Assembly (NCBI RefSeq): GCF_001194135.2
Contig: NC_068986.1
Span: forward strand, 10,722,926-10,763,696
Length of the DNA: 40,771 nt
Direction of reading: 5' to 3'
Source of the DNA: Octopus bimaculoides
Lineage: Eukaryota
Below the pieces are notes generated by a model. The model was given only the letters and a program-made list of their open reading frames with translations, did not search any database and had not been told where the DNA came from. Below, piece by piece: positions 39,499 to 40,771 of this stretch (positions within the stretch are counted from its first letter, which is position 1; each line of letters opens with the position of its first letter). A program made the position numbers and the translations under genes.

Positions 39499-39635
39499 AA
39501 ATATTTGACCTGGCAATAAAGACTCTGGGAAGCTGCACTGCTGGACTAATGCCACACCTTTATTGAAAGGTATTGGGTTGGTAGACTTGAGGAAGGGGAG
39601 ATCACCAAACAACAACTGCAGACCAATATACAGAC
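8822..39635 (-). CDS. DOCK3: DOCK-B family (DOCK3/DOCK4-like) dedicator of cytokinesis Rac GEF; partial, 22 exons, open at both ends
   Basis: 22 exons with GT..AG boundaries and matching phases form one frame. Family motifs: [109 protein letters not shown]. DOCK3 versus DOCK4 cannot be resolved; probably a pro-orthologue. Confidence 0.93.
10130..10400 (+). mobile_element. RTE-type LINE 3' remnant, same family as 38285-38770
   Basis: gattcttcaagccaagccaacc...gaatgagatggttggatgatatcc encodes ILQAKPT..R.RGRP.MRWLDDI. Confidence 0.7.
10410..11135 (+). mobile_element. Three tandem piggyBac-like MITE units (TTAA|CCCTTT...AAAGGG|TTAA); fragments also at about 1810-2160, 15790-15998, 19070-19165
   Basis: Units 10410-10635, 10659-10884 and 10908-11135, each with TIRs bounded by TTAA, separated by a near-identical 23-nt spacer. 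Confidence 0.75.
11370..11518 (-). CDS. DOCK3: DOCK exon: [49 protein letters not shown]
   Basis: CAG/GTAAAT, phase 1/0; strongly conserved motif. Confidence 0.97.
12071..12129 (-). CDS. DOCK3: DOCK exon: YQDMRVLLGFQVQTLWQDL(E)
   Basis: AAG/GTAAGT, phase 2/1; Y.DMR motif. Confidence 0.93.
13243..13343 (-). CDS. DOCK3: DOCK exon: [33 protein letters not shown](R)
   Basis: CAG/GTGAGG, phase 0/2; highly conserved DOCK-A/B motif. Confidence 0.96.
13560..13727. mobile_element. hAT-like MITE; partial copy at about 17690-17760
   Basis: 15-bp TIR CAGTGGTTCCCAACC / GGTTGGGAACCACTG; 8-bp TSD atctagta / atctacta. Confidence 0.85.
14100..14178 (-). CDS. DOCK3: DOCK exon: VILTSIHYFARALSDNFLLDSNFEYQ
   Basis: CAG/GTAAGT, phase 2/0. 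Confidence 0.93.
14216..14768. mobile_element. Palindromic tRNA-head / hammerhead-motif element, copy 1
   Basis: Arms 14216-14464 and 14469-14732 are inverted, with a 4-nt loop. Each arm has an A/B-box head, (AAT)n and a hammerhead-like motif. The right arm continues about 35 nt further. Confidence 0.85.
14636..14681 (+). ncRNA. Minimal type I hammerhead ribozyme motif (Penelope-like), partly decayed
   Basis: GACAC CTGATGA A GGCTA..CAGCT GAAAC GTT GTATT. Family consensus is GACAC CUGAUGA A GGCUG[loop]CAGCC GAAAC GUU GUGUU. Confidence 0.6.
15142..15236 (-). CDS. DOCK3: DOCK exon: EFLNMVLVTFHNLINFDTFPCDWSVMRMVMN(N)
   Basis: CAG/GTAAGA, phase 0/2; FP.DW.VMR motif. Confidence 0.95.
15521..15556 (+). 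ncRNA. Minimal hammerhead-like motif, family 2 (GUA cleavage triplet)
   Basis: CTTT CTGTTGA A GAGC GTAG GCTC GAAAC GTA AAAG. Confidence 0.55.
16370..16468 (-). CDS. DOCK3: DOCK exon: GAVVSCFVEMLRIMDDDHYTALFQAYAQGIPLR
   Basis: TAG/GTCAGT, phase 0/0; matches G..V.C...LRQM...HY. Confidence 0.92.
17972..18064 (-). CDS. DOCK3: DOCK exon: KDPDSVSEEIRIVITAIFQVVLRAIDVYDIS
   Basis: CAG/GTGAGT, phase 0/0. Confidence 0.87.
19581..20033. mobile_element. Palindromic tRNA-head / hammerhead-motif element, copy 2
   Basis: Same arms as copy 1; the right arm lacks the first ~35 nt of the head. Confidence 0.85.
20207..20292. repeat. (TG)n(AG)n microsatellite, one of many (e.g. 105-260, 18270-18310, 21292-21410)
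   Basis: Direct inspection. Confidence 0.95.
20635..20762 (-). CDS. DOCK3: DOCK exon: (D)SRMMLLPLCMSQIKRCFIAKQLYSLATTILGDILCFLHSLKL
   Basis: TAG/GTAAGT, phase 1/0; matches SRRILLP...ILG. Confidence 0.92.
21041..21227 (-). CDS. DOCK3: DOCK exon: ILLLSNIPNTYNSLLKLL...KKLEFLHETLKSELVTDR
   Basis: CAG/GTAAGT, phase 0/1. Confidence 0.9.
22318..22426 (-). CDS. DOCK3: DOCK exon: AYTVERSDDFPQLIYLVFEKMGYLVSLNQDNLSSCQ
   Basis: CAG/GTAATA, phase 2/0. Confidence 0.87.
22677..23183 (+). mobile_element. Penelope-like 3' fragment (C-rich tract plus hammerhead-like motif) inserted in (TA)n
   Basis: (TA)n on both flanks, a strongly C-rich strand-biased segment, and 3' homology to 15495-15630. Confidence 0.55.
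23056..23092 (+). ncRNA. Minimal hammerhead-like motif, family 2 (CUGUUGA core, GUC cleavage triplet)
   Basis: TCTTT CTGTTGA A GAGC GTA GCTC GAAAC GTC AAAGA; stems I and II pair perfectly. Confidence 0.6.
24321..24373 (-). CDS. DOCK3: DOCK exon: VFNYLFQFIVQSKLLFN(R)
   Basis: TAG/GTAATC, phase 0/2; matches ALEYLFKFIVQSR. Confidence 0.92.
25165..25246 (-). CDS. DOCK3: DOCK exon: HLLLCLKGNLDKIINGSQDRILKEMLK
   Basis: CAG/GTGATT, phase 2/0; same length as the equivalent DOCK3 segment. Confidence 0.87.
25318..26100 (+). mobile_element. SINE family C interrupted by a MITE; further copies at about 26115-26455 (+), 6530-6700 (-), 24430-24600, 28970-29340 (-, two), 32720-32900 (-), 33580-33700 (-)
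   Basis: aaggtggtgagctggcagaatcgttagca...gagttcaaattccgcc.aggtcaactttgcctttcatcc...aagtaccag...aaaatttcaggccttgtgcc...(ATT)n. Confidence 0.8.
25364..25912. mobile_element. Non-autonomous DNA transposon with GG termini and 8-bp TSD (Merlin-like)
   Basis: TSD AAATGCTT at 25356-25363 and 25913-25920; termini GGCGATCcttc / gaatGATCGCC; nested internal inverted repeats. Confidence 0.7.
26500..26830 (-). mobile_element. RTE-type LINE C-terminal remnant with C2H2-like motif
   Basis: Frameshifted ...LKRH.KAF...WR......FPTCGRTFCSHIG..L..HSWTH. Confidence 0.65.
27889..27989 (-). CDS. DOCK3: DOCK exon: VHVFYLLTNRTFKQYVPGFQSYLTDTFSSSLVY(R)
   Basis: CAG/GTAAGT, phase 0/2. Confidence 0.9.
28125..28622. 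mobile_element. Palindromic tRNA-head / hammerhead-motif element, copy 3 (diverged subfamily)
   Basis: Same layout; the left arm lacks the head, and both arms carry an extra aacccttt.atttgactaat segment. Confidence 0.8.
28165..28212 (-). ncRNA. Minimal hammerhead motif with intact core, sense to the DOCK pre-mRNA
   Basis: Minus strand reads AACAC CTGATGA A GGCTGG AGAGTACA CCAGCC GAAAT GTT GTG. Confidence 0.55.
28780..28866 (-). CDS. DOCK3: DOCK exon: YLHDILDALFDMFYTESLEQYNQVVFDAL
   Basis: CAG/GTAAGT, phase 0/0; DILDALF and VFDAL motifs. Confidence 0.95.
29337..30010 (+). mobile_element. RTE-type LINE 3' end: ORF remnant, 3'UTR and (GAT)n tail
   Basis: IKGRLYSACVRTAM.HG...LERNEARML.W.C......LHWYGHGMCMDEDSC...VEGTCGRGRARKTWDEVVKNNLRMLGL, followed by the common repeat body. 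Confidence 0.85.
30149..30246 (-). CDS. DOCK3: DOCK exon: (K)DLLDILQWRMKTDKIEQSLEKLMSINGRDIVR
   Basis: CAG/GTAAGC, phase 1/0. Confidence 0.92.
31523..31682 (-). CDS. DOCK3: DOCK exon, end of DHR-1: CDTLVNLTCMDYLNLP...[14 protein letters not shown]
   Basis: CAG/GTAATA, phase 0/1; CSTK.TQN motif. Confidence 0.93.
33000..33420 (+). mobile_element. RTE-type LINE 3' remnant with (GAT)n-like tail
   Basis: RMLR.VFSVTWRDCLTNKRLNGNLCAVTD...RFTGHCWRATDEVVSEALL*EPAQGR. Confidence 0.8.
33510..33557 (-). pseudogene. tRNA-Asp(GTC)-like fragment, 5' truncated
   Basis: ATCCCCACCTGTCATGCAGGAGACCTGGTTCGATTCCCCGCCAGGGAG matches the anticodon arm, T arm and 3' acceptor strand of eukaryotic tRNA-Asp. The D arm and 5' end are absent. 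Confidence 0.7.
34133..34239 (-). CDS. DOCK3: DOCK exon, DHR-1: (T)SDKKQGDNLLGFSFIKITNQDITLTDATHTLCIYK
   Basis: TAG/GTAAGA, phase 1/0; preceded by a 115-nt intron. Confidence 0.92.
34355..34418 (-). CDS. DOCK3: DOCK exon, DHR-1: [21 protein letters not shown]
   Basis: CAG/GTAAGT, phase 0/1; H.R.E.RH.S motif. Confidence 0.93.
34498..34874. other. Assembly gap (N run)
   Basis: Run of N. Confidence 1.
34875..35150. repeat. About 95-bp near-perfect inverted repeat with AT-rich loop, bounded by (TA)n and a gap
   Basis: 34875-34968 is the reverse complement of about 35033-35125. Confidence 0.8.
35249..35627 (+). mobile_element. Helitron/Helentron-type non-autonomous element (DINE-1-like)
   Basis: Subterminal inverted motif cctccgccaag / ccttggcggagg, with acagacggac-type repeat before the 3' end. 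Confidence 0.6.
36955..37053 (-). CDS. DOCK3: DOCK exon, DHR-1: [33 protein letters not shown]
   Basis: CAG/GTGACT, phase 0/0; YH..NP.W.E motif. Confidence 0.95.
38114..38238 (-). CDS. DOCK3: DOCK exon, start of DHR-1: [42 protein letters not shown]
   Basis: TAG/GTAAGT, phase 1/0; RNDLY and KNVEV motifs. Confidence 0.95.
38285..38770 (-). mobile_element. RTE-type LINE 3' remnant with (CAT)n tail
   Basis: MIRMLQERITRQILEAEPTNRRPKDNSRMRWLGDI. Confidence 0.75.
39510..39635 (-). CDS. DOCK3: DOCK exon (first in window): GLYIGLQLLFGDLPFLKSTNPIPFNKGVALVQQCSFPESLLP
   Basis: TAG acceptor, GTCAAA donor, phase 1/1. Resembles DOCK3 GLIISLQLLRGD...GFPDVIMPG. Confidence 0.88.
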
Positions 39636-40509
39636 CTATTTTCAAATAAATGGCAAAGTATTAGAGATGTGTGTAAATATGGACAAAAATCAGAAACAAA
39701 AAAAAAAGATAAAAATTCTGATTTTTTTTTTTTTTTTTTTTAATGATTAAATTTATCAAAAGTATAACACATGCTAAGTAAAGTCACACTGAAATTTCAT
39801 TAATTATATCTGTATTTTACTAATGAGGACATTTGCATACAAAACTGTGAAATGTTCAAATTTATCTTTTACTTGTTTCAATCATTAGACTTTGATTCTG
39901 GGCATTGTCTTAAAGAAATTTTAGATGAACGAATCCATACACGTACTGTATTTTTAAAGCTTGGTTCATTTTTTATTAGTCTATTTTGCCAAACTGCTAA
40001 GTTATGGGTTGCAAACACACCAACACCGGTTGCCAGGTAATGATGTGGGACAAACAGACACACAAATATATACTGGATAGGCTTTTTTCAGTTTCCATCT
40101 ACCAAATCCACTCACAAGGCTTTGGTCAGCCTGAAGCTATAGAAGAAACTTGCCCAAGGTGCCATGCAGAAGGACTGAACCCAGAACCATGTGGCTGGGA
40201 AGCAAACTTCTTACCACATAGCCACGCCTATGTTTATATTCTTTGCTAATAAGCTATATGCTTCCCTAGGTCAACTAGCACCCATTACATAACATCCATT
40301 TCCCCATGCTTACAAAGCTCACATGGAGTTTATTGAGGCAGATTTTTTTCTACAGCTGGATGCTCTTCCTGTTGCCAACATTTGTATGTTTCCAAGTAAG
40401 GTGATTTTTCCCCATGGTCAGACAGGTCTTCCGTCGAATGTTGGAAGTGAGTAGCATTGCTTGTCTGACAGTGACACCTGCTTACATCTACCACATGAGA
40501 TGAAGACAA

Positions 40510-40547
<38 letters not shown>

Positions 40548-40771
40548 ATTCTTTTATTTGTTTCAGTCGTTTGACTGTGGCCATGCTGGAGCACCACCTT
40601 CAGTCGAACAAATCGACCCTGGGACTTGCTCCCCGCAAGCCTAGTACTTATTCTATCAGTCTCTTTTGCCGAACTGCTAAGTCACAGGGACATAAACACA
40701 CCAACATCGGTTGTCAAGCGATAGTGGGGGGTACAAACACAGACACACAAACAAACACACACACAAACATA

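Noticed and set aside
8822-39635. Non-canonical (GC-AG or U12) introns
   Set aside because: All donors and acceptors traced are GT/AG, and none shows the U12 RTATCCTT donor.

Overview
AT-rich, repeat-dense animal genomic DNA. The repeat families, (TA)n/(CA)n/(AAT)n/(CAT)n microsatellites and scaffold gaps suggest an Octopus-type cephalopod (inference). The window lies inside one minus-strand gene, a DOCK-B subfamily (DOCK3/DOCK4/sponge-like) Rac GEF. I traced 22 GT-AG exons from 39635 down to 8822. They join in one continuous frame (2287 nt, about 761 codons) and cover the DHR-1 (C2) domain and the armadillo region just before DHR-2. The 5' and 3' parts of the gene are outside the window. The introns hold RTE-type LINE 3' ends, several tRNA-derived SINE families, MITEs (hAT-, piggyBac- and Merlin-like), a Tc1/mariner remnant and a Helitron/DINE-like element. 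The most unusual signal is a palindromic element in three copies. Its arms consist of a tRNA-like Pol III head plus a minimal Penelope-type hammerhead ribozyme motif. A second hammerhead-bearing repeat family has a variant CUGUUGA core. The last intron is unusually long and contains candidate cassette or poison exons. Almost all ORFs in the supplied track are microsatellite, gap or repeat artefacts.
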